Shown here piece after piece: positions 22,055 to 32,622 of a stretch of 64,000 nucleotides of DNA. Position numbers and translations under genes: made by a program. A model generated the notes under the pieces. It had not been told where the DNA came from and ran no database searches. It worked only from the letters and a program-made list of their open reading frames with translations. The DNA is from Acholeplasmataceae bacterium (lineage in GTDB: Bacteria; Bacillota_I; Bacilli_A; Acholeplasmatales; Acholeplasmataceae), in assembly GCA_963667565.1 (NCBI GenBank), contig OY763415.1, positions 864,001-928,000 of the forward strand, in the 5' to 3' direction. Positions within the stretch are counted from its first letter, which is position 1. The number at the start of each line of letters is the position of its first letter.

Positions 22055-22252
22055 TTATAGTTTTGTTACGTTTGCAGCTTGTGGTCCGCGTGCACCGTCT
22101 TTAACTTCAAATTCTACTTGGTCGCCTTCTGCTAAAGTTTTGTAACCTTCAGATTGTATTGCACTGAAGTGTACAAAAATGTCTTTGTTATCTTCTGATG
22201 AGATAAATCCATATCCCTTATCAGCGTCAAACCATTTTACAACGCCTTTCAT
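22055..22252 (-). CDS. cspA: Cold-shock protein
   Basis: KWF...[22 protein letters not shown]. Confidence 0.95.
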   Translation of the reverse strand: MKGVVKWFDADKGYGFISSEDNKDIFVHFSAIQSEGYKTLAEGDQVEFEVKDGARGPQAANVTKL

Positions 22253-22352
22253 TCATTCTTTCTCCTTTTTGTATCTTAAGCGATAAATCGCTCACATTTA
22301 TTATACACAAACCAAAGTTAAATTACAACATAATGAGGCGATTTCTCAATTA

Positions 22353-24143
22353 TTACGCAAATTGTGAATGATATAAGTTATAATATACCCCTTTTTGAAG
22401 CAATAAGGACTCATGTGTGCCTTTTTCAACAATATTGCCATCTTCTACTACTAAAATAAGATCTGCATTTTGAATGGTTGACAAGCGATGAGCAATAACA
22501 AATGATGTTTTATTTTCCATGAGTTTAAGCATTGCACTTTGAATTTCAACTTCTGTATGTGTATCAACATTTGAAGTTGCTTCATCTAAAATAAGCATTT
22601 TTGTTTTTGATAACATCGCTCTTGCAATCACTAATAATTGCTTTTGACCTTTAGAAATATTTAAACCTTCGTCTGTCAAAATCGTGTCATATCCTTGTGG
22701 AAGATGAATGATAAATTGATGAATTCTTGCTTTTTTAGCAGCCTCTTCAACTTCCAATCGACTAGGATTTCCATTACCATAAGCTATATTGTCATGAATT
22801 GTTCCATGGAAAACCCAAGTATCTTGTAAAACCATTGAAAATGATTTTCTTAAATCACTTCTTGGAATCGTATAGATATCATGATGATCAATGAAAACTG
22901 AATTTCTGCCTGGTTCATAAAAACGCATTAAAAGATTGACAAGCGTCGTTTTTCCAGCACCTGTTTTACCAACAATAGCAACCACCTTCCCTTGTGGAAC
23001 TTCAAAATTGACATCTTTTAATATAAGTTGGTTTTCTACATATCCAAAATTTAAATGTTTGACTTCTAAATCACCATGTATATCTAGATCTTTAATCACA
23101 TCTAAATCATCTAAGTCTTCTTCTTTTGCTTCTAATACAGTAAAGACTCTTTCAGCTGCTGCAAGTGCACTTTGAATGTCTGCAAATACACTTGACATTT
23201 GATTGATTGGTCCAGAGAATCTTCTAGAATAGAGTGTAAATGATGTCAATTTACCGATCGTAATTAAATTTTTAAAATATAAAATACCACCTAATACACC
23301 TACTAATGCAACCGATAAATTGGATACGAAATTAATTGAAGGTCCAACGGTTGTTCCGTAATAACCTGCTTGATATGATGCTTCTGCAGCTTCATCATTA
23401 ATCCCATCAAATTTTCTTAATACACTTTGTTCTTGAACATAGGATTGAATAGTTCTTTGACCAGTAATCATTTCTTCAGCAAATCCATTTAGTTCACCAA
23501 GTTTTCTATTTCTCACTTGATATTTCTTCTTAACTATTTTTGAAAGCACTCTTGTTATGATAATTGATATTGGGATAGTAACAATAAAGACCAATACCAA
23601 AACTGGTGACATGATAATCATCATGACAAATGATATGACTACCGTAATAAAACTTGTAAGGATGTTGATAACATCTGTTGCAAGAGAGGTATTGATATTG
23701 TCAATATCATAACTCATACGACTGATAATATCACCTGTTTGTTGTTTGTCAAAGTATGATATTTCAACCTTATTAAGTTTTTCAAATAAATCTTTTCTCA
23801 TTTTATAAACTACACTTTGCGAGATTTTTACCATGGCAATACTTAATAAATAATTAAGAAATGCTGATAAAAGATAAAATCCAACCATGAGTCCAGCATA
23901 TAAAAATACTTTTTGAAAATTGACAGTTCCATCCATAGCATCAACTGCAGCACCAGTTAAATAGGGTCCTACAAGTGATAATACATTGGCTATCACTGTT
24001 AAGAATAATGCAAGGATAAGTTTTGATTTATAAAATGTTAAATAATGCCATAATTTCTTTAAAACAAATTTAAGATTTTTAGCTTTTTGACTTCCATCGT
24101 TTCCTCGGCCGCGACCTGTACTTTGTTTTCCAGCATACATCAT
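22353..24143 (-). CDS. Heterodimeric ABC exporter subunit B
   Basis: TMD plus GKTGAGKTT, ISKGQKQ, LILDEATS. Confidence 0.92.
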   Translation of the reverse strand: MMYAGKQSTGRGRGNDGSQKAKNLKFVLKKLWHYLTFYKSKLILALFLTVIANVLSLVGPYLTGAAVDAMDGTVNFQKVFLYAGLMVGFYLLSAFLNYLLSIAMVKISQSVVYKMRKDLFEKLNKVEISYFDKQQTGDIISRMSYDIDNINTSLATDVINILTSFITVVISFVMMIIMSPVLVLVFIVTIPISIIITRVLSKIVKKKYQVRNRKLGELNGFAEEMITGQRTIQSYVQEQSVLRKFDGINDEAAEASYQAGYYGTTVGPSINFVSNLSVALVGVLGGILYFKNLITIGKLTSFTLYSRRFSGPINQMSSVFADIQSALAAAERVFTVLEAKEEDLDDLDVIKDLDIHGDLEVKHLNFGYVENQLILKDVNFEVPQGKVVAIVGKTGAGKTTLVNLLMRFYEPGRNSVFIDHHDIYTIPRSDLRKSFSMVLQDTWVFHGTIHDNIAYGNGNPSRLEVEEAAKKARIHQFIIHLPQGYDTILTDEGLNISKGQKQLLVIARAMLSKTKMLILDEATSNVDTHTEVEIQSAMLKLMENKTSFVIAHRLSTIQNADLILVVEDGNIVEKGTHESLLLQKGVYYNLYHSQFA

Positions 24144-25876
24144 GATAAATCACCACCTAACTGATAAGCAGCAATCTCTTTGTATATTTGGCTATTATTT
24201 AACAATTGATTATGAGTGCCTTGTGCAATAATTTTACCTTCATCAATAAGTAGGATTAAATCAGCATCTTTAATACTACTTATTCTTTGAGCGATAATGA
24301 TTTTAGTTGCTTCTTGGTGCTCTTCTTTTAATGCTTTACGTAATTGCATATCCGTATGATAATCAAGCGCACTTGATGCATCATCTAAAATGATTAAATC
24401 AGGTTTACCCGCGATTGCTCTAGCAATGAGAAGTCTTTGTTTTTGACCACCAGATAAATTCATACCTTTTTGTGCCATTTCATATTGGTGTGCATGTTCT
24501 TTTTCATAAATAAAATTTGCTTGTGCAACTTCAGTAGCAAGTTTAATATCTTGATCTGTGATCTCATCTCTATTAAATTGAATGTTTCCATAAATGGTAT
24601 CTGCAAAGATTAAATCATTTTGGAAAACAACTCCGATTCGACTTCTAAGTTCATTTTGTTTAAGTTCTTTAATATCTCTACCAAAAAGTTTAATAGATCC
24701 TCGATCAACATCATAAAATCTCATGATCAAATTGATAATCGTTGTTTTTCCAGATCCGGTTGCACCAATAATACCTAGTGTTTGACCCTTGTAAAGTTTA
24801 AAATTAATATGCTCTAGATTCATCTCTTTTTGAAGATAAGAAAATGAAACATTTTCAAATGAGATATGAGGTTTGTTTTTATTTTCAACAATGTCTAAAT
24901 AACCATCTTTCATTTGAATTGGCATTTCTAATACTTCAAAAATACGTTCTCCTGATGCAGTTGCTCTTGATGATAAGACAAAAACTCTTGTGATACTCAT
25001 CATCGCATTTAAAATAATAGTAAAATAAGTGACAAATGCTAAAATTTGACCTTTTTCAGTCAATCCTTTGTCAATTCTATAAGCTCCAATCACCAAAACA
25101 ATCACCAATCCAACGTTCATAACAGCACGCATCATTGGGTTTATTTTAGCCATGGTTATGGTTGCTTTTAATTCTTTTTCAACCGTATTTTTATTTTTCT
25201 CATCAAATCGATTCATTTCATGTTCACGCATGGATAATGCACGAACGACTCTTACACCAGTGACATACTCTCTTAAAGTTCTAATGAGTTGATCAACAGA
25301 TGCTTGAGTCTTTTTATAAAGTGGCACCCCAACTTTTGATGTAAAATAGACAATGATAATAATCAATGGAAGCATTGAAATCATTACAAGTGTCAACACT
25401 GGGTCGATAAATAAACTCATGACGATACCGCCAATAAGTAATACTGGCGCTCTAACCCCTAGTCTTTGAATAGATGCAGATGCTTGATACATGTTGTAAG
25501 TATCTGTAGTCATTCTTGAGATTAAAGAAGGTCTTGTGATTTGATCGACTTGATTTGCAGATAATGTTTCTATTTTTTGAAACAAATCATGTCTTAAATT
25601 TTTAACTGCGTCTGCTGCAATTGCTTCAGCTCTTCTATTTGCTGCAACATTTAAATACCATCCAACAAATGCAATTAAAACCATAATGATACCTAAATAT
25701 ACAAGTGGCATCACAGACTGATTACCTTCACTTGTTAAATTGGGTATTTGCGTATCAATCATATAAGCAATCAAATAGGGTAAAAACAAATCAGTTAACG
25801 CACCTAGCGATTTAAAAGATAAACTGATTGTAAGCTTTCTCCAATAAGGCTTAATGATTCTTAAAATGTACTTCAT
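24140..25876 (-). CDS. Heterodimeric ABC exporter subunit A
   Basis: TMD plus GATGSGKT, LSGGQKQR, degenerate Walker B ILDDAS. Confidence 0.92.
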   Translation of the reverse strand: MKYILRIIKPYWRKLTISLSFKSLGALTDLFLPYLIAYMIDTQIPNLTSEGNQSVMPLVYLGIIMVLIAFVGWYLNVAANRRAEAIAADAVKNLRHDLFQKIETLSANQVDQITRPSLISRMTTDTYNMYQASASIQRLGVRAPVLLIGGIVMSLFIDPVLTLVMISMLPLIIIIVYFTSKVGVPLYKKTQASVDQLIRTLREYVTGVRVVRALSMREHEMNRFDEKNKNTVEKELKATITMAKINPMMRAVMNVGLVIVLVIGAYRIDKGLTEKGQILAFVTYFTIILNAMMSITRVFVLSSRATASGERIFEVLEMPIQMKDGYLDIVENKNKPHISFENVSFSYLQKEMNLEHINFKLYKGQTLGIIGATGSGKTTIINLIMRFYDVDRGSIKLFGRDIKELKQNELRSRIGVVFQNDLIFADTIYGNIQFNRDEITDQDIKLATEVAQANFIYEKEHAHQYEMAQKGMNLSGGQKQRLLIARAIAGKPDLIILDDASSALDYHTDMQLRKALKEEHQEATKIIIAQRISSIKDADLILLIDEGKIIAQGTHNQLLNNSQIYKEIAAYQLGGDLS

Positions 25877-25905
25877 GGACTTACCTAATTTCTAATTTGA
25901 ATTTT

Positions 25906-26289
25906 TTAGTTTGTTATAATCTCAAAGTCTTCAAAATAAATATTAAAATTTTCGACACTCACTTTTGTTCGATGATCATAATTTAATATTTTATAATGAG
26001 CATTTGTTATTTCTTTCTTAAATATTTTTTTATTTAAATATTTGGTAGGTAATATCATAATAACTCCTGTATCAGTTCCAATGCCATTAAATATACCATC
26101 TCCACCTTCAGTTCTACTGACTAGAAACTTAATACCTTTGATTTGAAGCAATTGAAATTGATTTGGGTTTTTATAAAACTCTTTCCATAATGATTGAAGA
26201 AACGCTTCTCCTTCATCACTTTTAATTGTAACCAATGCAGGATCACCAACATAGTATGATCCTTTTTTTAATTCATAAGTTGTTCTCAT
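25906..26289 (-). CDS. Hypothetical protein
   Basis: ORF coupled to the upstream nuclease, with YYVGDP...GDG...DTG motifs. Confidence 0.6.
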   Translation of the reverse strand: MRTTYELKKGSYYVGDPALVTIKSDEGEAFLQSLWKEFYKNPNQFQLLQIKGIKFLVSRTEGGDGIFNGIGTDTGVIMILPTKYLNKKIFKKEITNAHYKILNYDHRTKVSVENFNIYFEDFEIITN

Positions 26290-27260
26290 GGTAAATATCT
26301 TTTACTTTCTATTAGAATTGCAATAAAATCAAGCGTTTGACTTTGTTGATCAATTGCTGGTAACAAATCTGAGATTGTTTTATTTTCCCAAATTAAATGC
26401 ACATATTCCGGATGATCAATAAATGGATTTCTATTGCCTTGAGCACCATAAATAACCTCATTACGTTGACGTTCAAACTCATCTACGGGATCTAATCTAT
26501 GCCATAATAGCAATGTATCTAATAATCCCATATCGGCACCATCTAGTGAGTAATTATCAGATTCATCCAATAAATCATTTAAATCATTTGTCAAATGAAG
26601 ATAATCATACATGACGACCATATAAAAGAGTATTCTTGCAACATCGCCAATATGTTCATCTCCTGGATAAAAACCACCATTAGATGTGATACTATACTCT
26701 CCAGATCCAGCAGAGAAAAACCTATTGTTTCTTGTAGAGTTAACTACTGGTGTAGCTGCTCTTAAATTATGTAGGTCAGTGGCTTGATTTCTGTCAGTGC
26801 CATCCACTTCTTCTTCATTTCCAAGTCTTGACTGAGGCCATACATGTTCTCGATTCCATGTTGTTCCACCATCCCAAACATCATCAACTAATTTTGAATC
26901 ATATATATTATAAATTTTAGTTGGATCATCAATGGATAAATCTGATTCTGCTAAGTAAATTCTCGCATCATTATATGTTACTGGTTGAAAATTATTGTGA
27001 ATGATATCACTTAATTTATTTTCTAGTTGAACACCCATTAATTGATTCGTTTCATAATAATAATCAGTTAATGAAGTGGTTTCAACATAATAGTAATAAC
27101 CATCATCATTTTGTGATGAACTATATGTGTAAGCACTGTTTTGATCTTGGTAAAAAAAATATGCAATCGCAGCAATCAATACAAAAATAATGAATGATAA
27201 CACTCTATACTCTTTTGTTTTCTTCAATTTTCTAATGCGTTTTTCAACTGATTTCGCCAT
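26286..27260 (-). CDS. Membrane-anchored endonuclease I family nuclease
   Basis: N-terminal TM, WNREHVWPQS, TDLHNLR, GDVAR..FYM, QGNRNPFIDHPE. Confidence 0.92.
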   Translation of the reverse strand: MAKSVEKRIRKLKKTKEYRVLSFIIFVLIAAIAYFFYQDQNSAYTYSSSQNDDGYYYYVETTSLTDYYYETNQLMGVQLENKLSDIIHNNFQPVTYNDARIYLAESDLSIDDPTKIYNIYDSKLVDDVWDGGTTWNREHVWPQSRLGNEEEVDGTDRNQATDLHNLRAATPVVNSTRNNRFFSAGSGEYSITSNGGFYPGDEHIGDVARILFYMVVMYDYLHLTNDLNDLLDESDNYSLDGADMGLLDTLLLWHRLDPVDEFERQRNEVIYGAQGNRNPFIDHPEYVHLIWENKTISDLLPAIDQQSQTLDFIAILIESKRYLP

Positions 27261-27324
27261 GAATACACCCTCTATTGTATATTGAATATATTATAACATA
27301 TATTCATATAGCACATGTTTATGA

Positions 27325-27353
27325 TTGACAATTATTTCTTAATCATTTATAAT
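27325..27353 (+). promoter_or_regulatory. Consensus sigma-A promoter of tRNA-Thr
   Basis: TTGACA-N17-TATAAT. Confidence 0.85.
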
Positions 27354-27367
27354 CGTTATTGCTGAAT

Positions 27368-27441
27368 GCCTCCATAGTTTAATGGCAAAACGCAGCCATG
27401 GTAAGGCTGAATTGTAAGTTCGATTCTCACTGGAGGCACCA
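27368..27441 (+). tRNA. tRNA-Thr(GGT)
   Basis: Acceptor GCCTCCA/TGGAGGC, anticodon arm CAGCC-ATGGTAA-GGCTG, TTCGATT T-loop, encoded CCA. Confidence 0.95.
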
Positions 27442-27473
27442 TCAATAAATATAGCACCTTAAAAAGGTGCTTT

Positions 27474-28697
27474 TTATATCATTTCTCGATCTAGTTCATC
27501 TTCTCGTATAGTTACTAGGCATTCATAAACTTTATATGGTTGTTTTTTGTGAAGTACTTCTATTTGATCATAAGGATTAATGATTTTATCAAATAACCAA
27601 AGATGATCTATATAGACATTGGATAAGTCAGCTAAAAATGATTCATGATCTTCAAGATATGTAATATGTTCATATTTATTTTTAAGATATATAATCAATT
27701 TTTCATCAACATTTTTATAATTAAATTTACTGATTAAACTATATATTTGAAAGCTTTTATCAAGTTGATCTGTATGGTAATAATATGTTGCAAGTTCATA
27801 TGAAAACATCAGTCCTAATTCATCTTTTTTAAGTGCTCTCACATTAAGTGACTTAATCATCTTATCTGCACCTTCATGTATAGGCATATCATAATAATTG
27901 ACACCTTCTAAATAATAACTGATGATAGATAGCATAAACAAATTAGGTTTTAACGCCTGTTGTCTAGAAATCATCCAAGAAGCTTCTTCAAATAAATATG
28001 GATTAAAATGATGATGTTTTAATGAAAATTTTTGATATTGAATCAGTTGAACCAATTGAAAAACCGGATCTTTTCTTACTTTGTCAAATGCGACAAAATC
28101 ACCAAAAATGTTTTGTGTAGACATACTAAATGATCTAACATAGATAAGACTTATGATCATTGTAAACATCGTAAAGATACAAAAAATCGTTAAAAATATA
28201 GGTCCAGTAGCATAAACTAGCGTTACAAAAAATGAAATAAATAATATAAGTGCATAAAAAATCGTGGCAAGCGGTGCAGTTAAAAGTGATGTGGCAAATG
28301 CATGTATATGATGATCAAACTTAGCATCTGATGTAATCTCATCTAAATCAGGGATTACCAATCCACCAAATAAAACCCATAACTTAGGATTAATAGTAAA
28401 TCTCCATCCACGATCTGTTTTATAAAAAACAAAAATTGTAATGTAAATAGCTCTTAAATGTATACCTTGAATTTTGAAGCTTATAAAATGCGCTAATTCA
28501 TGTATCGTTAAAGCAACATAGAATGCTACAAAAAAAGTTAGGAAATAAACCCACCAAGGAAGTGTTTGAAATCCTATTTTAAGTGGTTCCCACATATTAA
28601 GATATACTAATGCTGTATATGTAAATCCTGCCATAAATGTAAATAGGAAATACATAATCAATCGATAACTTTTCATATACCGTCTCCCTAATGACAT
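27474..28697 (-). CDS. M50-like membrane zinc metalloprotease
   Basis: Multiple TMs, HELAH, GG motif, GD. Confidence 0.7.
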   Translation of the reverse strand: MSLGRRYMKSYRLIMYFLFTFMAGFTYTALVYLNMWEPLKIGFQTLPWWVYFLTFFVAFYVALTIHELAHFISFKIQGIHLRAIYITIFVFYKTDRGWRFTINPKLWVLFGGLVIPDLDEITSDAKFDHHIHAFATSLLTAPLATIFYALILFISFFVTLVYATGPIFLTIFCIFTMFTMIISLIYVRSFSMSTQNIFGDFVAFDKVRKDPVFQLVQLIQYQKFSLKHHHFNPYLFEEASWMISRQQALKPNLFMLSIISYYLEGVNYYDMPIHEGADKMIKSLNVRALKKDELGLMFSYELATYYYHTDQLDKSFQIYSLISKFNYKNVDEKLIIYLKNKYEHITYLEDHESFLADLSNVYIDHLWLFDKIINPYDQIEVLHKKQPYKVYECLVTIREDELDREMI

Positions 28698-28766
28698 TAT
28701 AACACAAAGGAAAAAATGAAATACTTTAACTTTTGATTTTTCTTTGTTATTTTAACTTGCAATCTC

Positions 28767-28795
28767 TTGACAACTTTAAAAATATTTGCTATCAT
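28767..28795 (+). promoter_or_regulatory. Promoter of tRNA-Gly
   Basis: TTGACA-N17-TATCAT. Confidence 0.75.
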
Positions 28796-28811
28796 TAAAA
28801 AGCACTAGGAT

Positions 28812-28886
28812 GTGGGCGTCGTATAATGGTTATTACACGTGCTTGCCAAGCATGAAATGGGGGTCCGATTCCCCTCGCCCGCTCCA
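28812..28886 (+). tRNA. tRNA-Gly(GCC)
   Basis: Acceptor GTGGGCG/CGCCCGC, anticodon arm CGTGC-TTGCCAA-GCATG, discriminator T plus CCA. Confidence 0.93.
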
Positions 28887-29128
28887 GGTTAATTATACCA
28901 AGTTGCTTTTTATCGTTTAACGGCTAAATAAAGACGTTATAAGCGATTTTGAACAAAGCAACTTTTTGTATTTTTTAGGGTAAAATCAGTGGTTTTTCAT
29001 TGATTTTACTCTTTTTTTATACTCTGATATGGGCTGATTTACAAGTTCTCGTGACCGGATTTGAACTTTTGCCCAAAATGGCCATTTTTTGAGGTCGCTA
29101 TCGGATTTGAACTTAAGATAAAACCAAT

Positions 29129-29219
29129 AAAAAGACCACCTCTCGGTGGCCTTAAGGAAGGGGATGTGTGTGTAAATACACACATGCTATGTAAGGGATA
29201 AGTTGCGACTATGTCGCAC
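29129..29219 (-). ncRNA. Predicted ~90-nt prophage small RNA (sRNA-1)
   Basis: Promoter TTGTAT(29252-47)-N17-TATATT(29229-24) with extended TG, two hairpins, terminator GGCCACC-GAGA-GGTGGTC-TTTTT. Confidence 0.6.
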
Positions 29220-29256
29220 TTTTAATATAACACAGTTTTTTAATTGATACAATTAG

Positions 29257-30909
29257 CTAATAGCACGAAATTTTACTTGTTGTTTCAAATAGTGTTTTTC
29301 TAATCTTATAAGGAGTGATTATTTCTGGAAATGAATAAGTTGAATTAGAACTTAATGTATTAAACGGATTAAGGATAAATTCAATATCATTTCGTTCGTT
29401 AACTAGTGCCTTATCAAATAAATCTTGAAATGGGAACTCAGATAAATCCTCTATTGGTTTCTTGTACTCTTTTAGTAGAAGTTTATAATGCTTGATTTTA
29501 GATTCGATATTGTGCGAAGTTAATAGTTTATTTCGGTTTGCTGTTAATTTCATTTCAATGTCGGTTTTTTGTGTTTTTAATCGATTCAAAACTATAGTTT
29601 CAAAGTCCCCTTCCAATAAGGCTAACGATTTAATTTGATGATGTATTTCATCGAGTTTATCTTCCAATGTATTAATTTCAATGTTGAGTTTCCGTATTTC
29701 TGGATGTGAAGTTAAAACCTCATTTAACTTATTTAGGAACTCGTATTTATTTTTGATGATATAGTTAATTTGAGAAAGTAGCTGCTCATCAAATGTCTCA
29801 ACAAATAAGGAATCATTTCCACATGTTTTCTTTTCTCGATTTGATGAACAAATCAATATCTCTGTGGCCCATTTTTCTCTTTTGTTATTTACCTTGTAAT
29901 GATAGTTCTTTCCACAAACGGAACATTCAACAAAACCACTATAAATGGATCTATTCTTTGCTCTCCTTTTCAATTCGAGTATGTCTGTTGTGTGGTTGTA
30001 TTTCATCATCCTTTGCGCTTTTATGGATTGTACTTTATCCCATAATGCTTTAGTAATAATTTTAGGATGAGAGTTTTCAACATAATATTTAGGATGTGTT
30101 TGTTGATTCTTTTCTCCAGTTTTATCGCCAACCCTACGACGTATTGATTTTTGCAATAATGCATTTCCAGTATACTTTTCGTTATTTAGTATTCCTCGAA
30201 TCGTACCTGAACTGTAAGGTAGATTATAATGCTTTGTTATGTGTCCTTCTTTATTTAACTCTTCAGCAATATAGCCTTGAGAATATCCTTTCGAGTATAA
30301 GCTGAACACTTTTCGTACAATCTTAGCCTCATCTTCATCAACAGCGATGTTTCCATGTTGATCTCTTTTGTAGCCTAATACTTTAGATGTTACCATTGGA
30401 ACAATACCATCTTCAAATCTTTTCTTTACACCCCATTTAGTGTTTTCACTATTTATCTTTGATTCCTCTTCGGCTACACTAGCGTAAATTGTAATGGTTA
30501 GTTCTACCTTTGGATCGAAAGAAGAGATATTCTCTTTTTCAAACCAAACTTCAATATTGTGTCTTTTTAACTCTTGAATGATATTTAGACAATCAATTGT
30601 GTTTCTTGCAAAGCGAGATATTGATTTTGTGATGATTAAATCAATGCCACCAGCTATAGCAAGTTCTATCATTTGGTTGAACTGTTCTCTATACTTTGTA
30701 TCTGTTCCACTCTTTCCAACATCTGAATACACACCTACAAAATTCCATTCAGGATTTTCCATTATCATTTTTGTGTACGTCTCAACCTGCAAATCTAGCG
30801 AAGTTTCTTGTAGTTCTTTTTTTGTTGAAATCCTAGCATAAGCACATACATTTTTCAACTTATCTTTTGATTCCAGTTTATTGAAATCAATTATCTCTAC
30901 TGCATTCAT
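29257..30909 (-). CDS. Large serine recombinase 2
   Basis: YARIST catalytic Ser, SG...R, KSISRFARN, recombinase domain, CSVCG zinc ribbon, coiled coil. Confidence 0.93.
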   Translation of the reverse strand: MNAVEIIDFNKLESKDKLKNVCAYARISTKKELQETSLDLQVETYTKMIMENPEWNFVGVYSDVGKSGTDTKYREQFNQMIELAIAGGIDLIITKSISRFARNTIDCLNIIQELKRHNIEVWFEKENISSFDPKVELTITIYASVAEEESKINSENTKWGVKKRFEDGIVPMVTSKVLGYKRDQHGNIAVDEDEAKIVRKVFSLYSKGYSQGYIAEELNKEGHITKHYNLPYSSGTIRGILNNEKYTGNALLQKSIRRRVGDKTGEKNQQTHPKYYVENSHPKIITKALWDKVQSIKAQRMMKYNHTTDILELKRRAKNRSIYSGFVECSVCGKNYHYKVNNKREKWATEILICSSNREKKTCGNDSLFVETFDEQLLSQINYIIKNKYEFLNKLNEVLTSHPEIRKLNIEINTLEDKLDEIHHQIKSLALLEGDFETIVLNRLKTQKTDIEMKLTANRNKLLTSHNIESKIKHYKLLLKEYKKPIEDLSEFPFQDLFDKALVNERNDIEFILNPFNTLSSNSTYSFPEIITPYKIRKTLFETTSKISCY

Positions 30910-32606
30910 TCTTGTTCCCTCAAATCTACAACATGATATGTAATTTCATATTTCTCGTTTGTACTTTTTACTTTGTCAGTATGAATGGAAGGCATAGCTT
31001 TATATACCTCTAATTCGTTTTTAATACTCTTTTTTGTCATAGGATTATCACTTATCAAGAGGAGTGCTTCAGAAGGACTAATTGCAATTACAAACTTGTA
31101 AGTTCCCATCAGAATGTTTTTGCTTAATCCGATATTACCATTTAAGAATTCTTTCATCTCTTGAATTCGTTCTTCATGAAGGTGGCCATTTACCAAAGAT
31201 GATTTTTTATTATTAAGTTGAGCTTTTAAGTCGATTAGCAGAGCCTTCTTTTCATTGTAAATCGATTTATAAAATTCGGTGTTATCAGCAATGGAATTCA
31301 CATTCAAATCAATGATGTCCTTTATGCTCTTTTCTGTTTTCGTGATTTGATTCTTCAAGTCAGATATTTCAGTTTCTAGTTCACTGGAGCTTAAACATGA
31401 TCTAACAATTTCTAGAGTTTCATCAATAATGGTATCCTTGGATAATTCTAGTTCTTTTATTGATTTTATAATCGCTTTTTCCAAAGTATCATTATCTATC
31501 GGTTTATTGGAACATACATGTTCTTTGTTATTCTTTCTACAAGTTAAAACCACACGTTCTGTAGCTTTACCGTAATTGTAATAACTACGGTTCATAACCG
31601 CACCACATTCCCCACAGAAGACGATTCCACTTAAAGGGTATATATTACCGTAGTTTGATTGTTTTCGCTTTCTCCCTCGCTTTTTCTTGAGTTCCTGGAC
31701 TAGTTCAAACTTCGTTCTTGATACAATAGGTTCATGGTTATTCATGATATAGTATTTTGGTGCGTGTCCATCATTCTTTACCGATTTGTGTGTTAAGTAA
31801 TCAATCGTGACTCTCTTTTGTAAGATTGCATCACCACAGTATTTTTCATTTGTTAAAATCGCACTCACTGTAGCTGGTGTCCAGAAGATTTCTCCACGAC
31901 CGTTTTCTAACTCGTTCTCAGTTAGGAATATAACGATTTCTTTTAATGATGATCCTGAAATGTACATATCGTATATGATTGTTACCGTCTTGGCTTGTTC
32001 TTCATTAATGACAATGTTTCCATCATCATCTTTGTCATAACCTAGGAACCGTTTTGTATTGATGTGAACTTTACCTTCTTTAAATCTCTTTCTAAATCCC
32101 CATTTGACATTCTCGCTAATGTTTCTAGCTTCCTCCTGGGCAATTGAAGAGAAGATGGTAAGCATGAAATCGACCTTGGTATCTGATGAGTAAATATTCT
32201 CTTTTTCAAAGAATACATCTACATTGATTTCTCTTAACTCCCTAATGATTGTTAACGTATCTACTGTGTTTCTTGCGAATCGAGATAGTGATTTCGTTAG
32301 TATTAAATCAATCTTCCCAGCTTTAGCATCTTCAATCATCTGAAGAAACTGTGGTCTTTTTTGAATACTAGTTCCTGATAATCCTTCATCAGCATATAAG
32401 CCAATAAAATCCCAGTCTTCATTTTCTTGAATCTTTTGAGTGTAAACACTCTTTTGTGCTTCTACGCTATGTAGTTGATCTTCTGAATCAGTAGAAACTC
32501 TCGCATAAGCACATACTTTTAGTTTTGGTTTTAGAGTTGGTAATCCATTTATGTCTTCATGGATTATTTGAGTTGGTTCAATAACTATAACTCTTTTTTC
32601 CTGCAT
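30906..32606 (-). CDS. Large serine recombinase 1
   Basis: YARVST, DEGLSGT...RPQF, KSLSRFARN, CGECG zinc ribbon. Confidence 0.94.
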   Translation of the reverse strand: MQEKRVIVIEPTQIIHEDINGLPTLKPKLKVCAYARVSTDSEDQLHSVEAQKSVYTQKIQENEDWDFIGLYADEGLSGTSIQKRPQFLQMIEDAKAGKIDLILTKSLSRFARNTVDTLTIIRELREINVDVFFEKENIYSSDTKVDFMLTIFSSIAQEEARNISENVKWGFRKRFKEGKVHINTKRFLGYDKDDDGNIVINEEQAKTVTIIYDMYISGSSLKEIVIFLTENELENGRGEIFWTPATVSAILTNEKYCGDAILQKRVTIDYLTHKSVKNDGHAPKYYIMNNHEPIVSRTKFELVQELKKKRGRKRKQSNYGNIYPLSGIVFCGECGAVMNRSYYNYGKATERVVLTCRKNNKEHVCSNKPIDNDTLEKAIIKSIKELELSKDTIIDETLEIVRSCLSSSELETEISDLKNQITKTEKSIKDIIDLNVNSIADNTEFYKSIYNEKKALLIDLKAQLNNKKSSLVNGHLHEERIQEMKEFLNGNIGLSKNILMGTYKFVIAISPSEALLLISDNPMTKKSIKNELEVYKAMPSIHTDKVKSTNEKYEITYHVVDLREQE

Positions 32607-32622
32607 TCTTGTACCTCCTATA

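Noticed and set aside
27368..27441. Purine at position 32 of tRNA-Thr(GGT)
   Set aside because: ATGGTAA loops are usual for this isoacceptor in Firmicutes.
28986..29183. 65-aa ORF at the prophage left end
   Set aside because: No RBS, and it crosses a terminator and the att-like repeats. The region is better explained as sRNA-1 plus att.
28887..29256. CRISPR or mini-array
   Set aside because: Only two copies of a 13-bp repeat, no regular repeat-spacer period and no cas genes.
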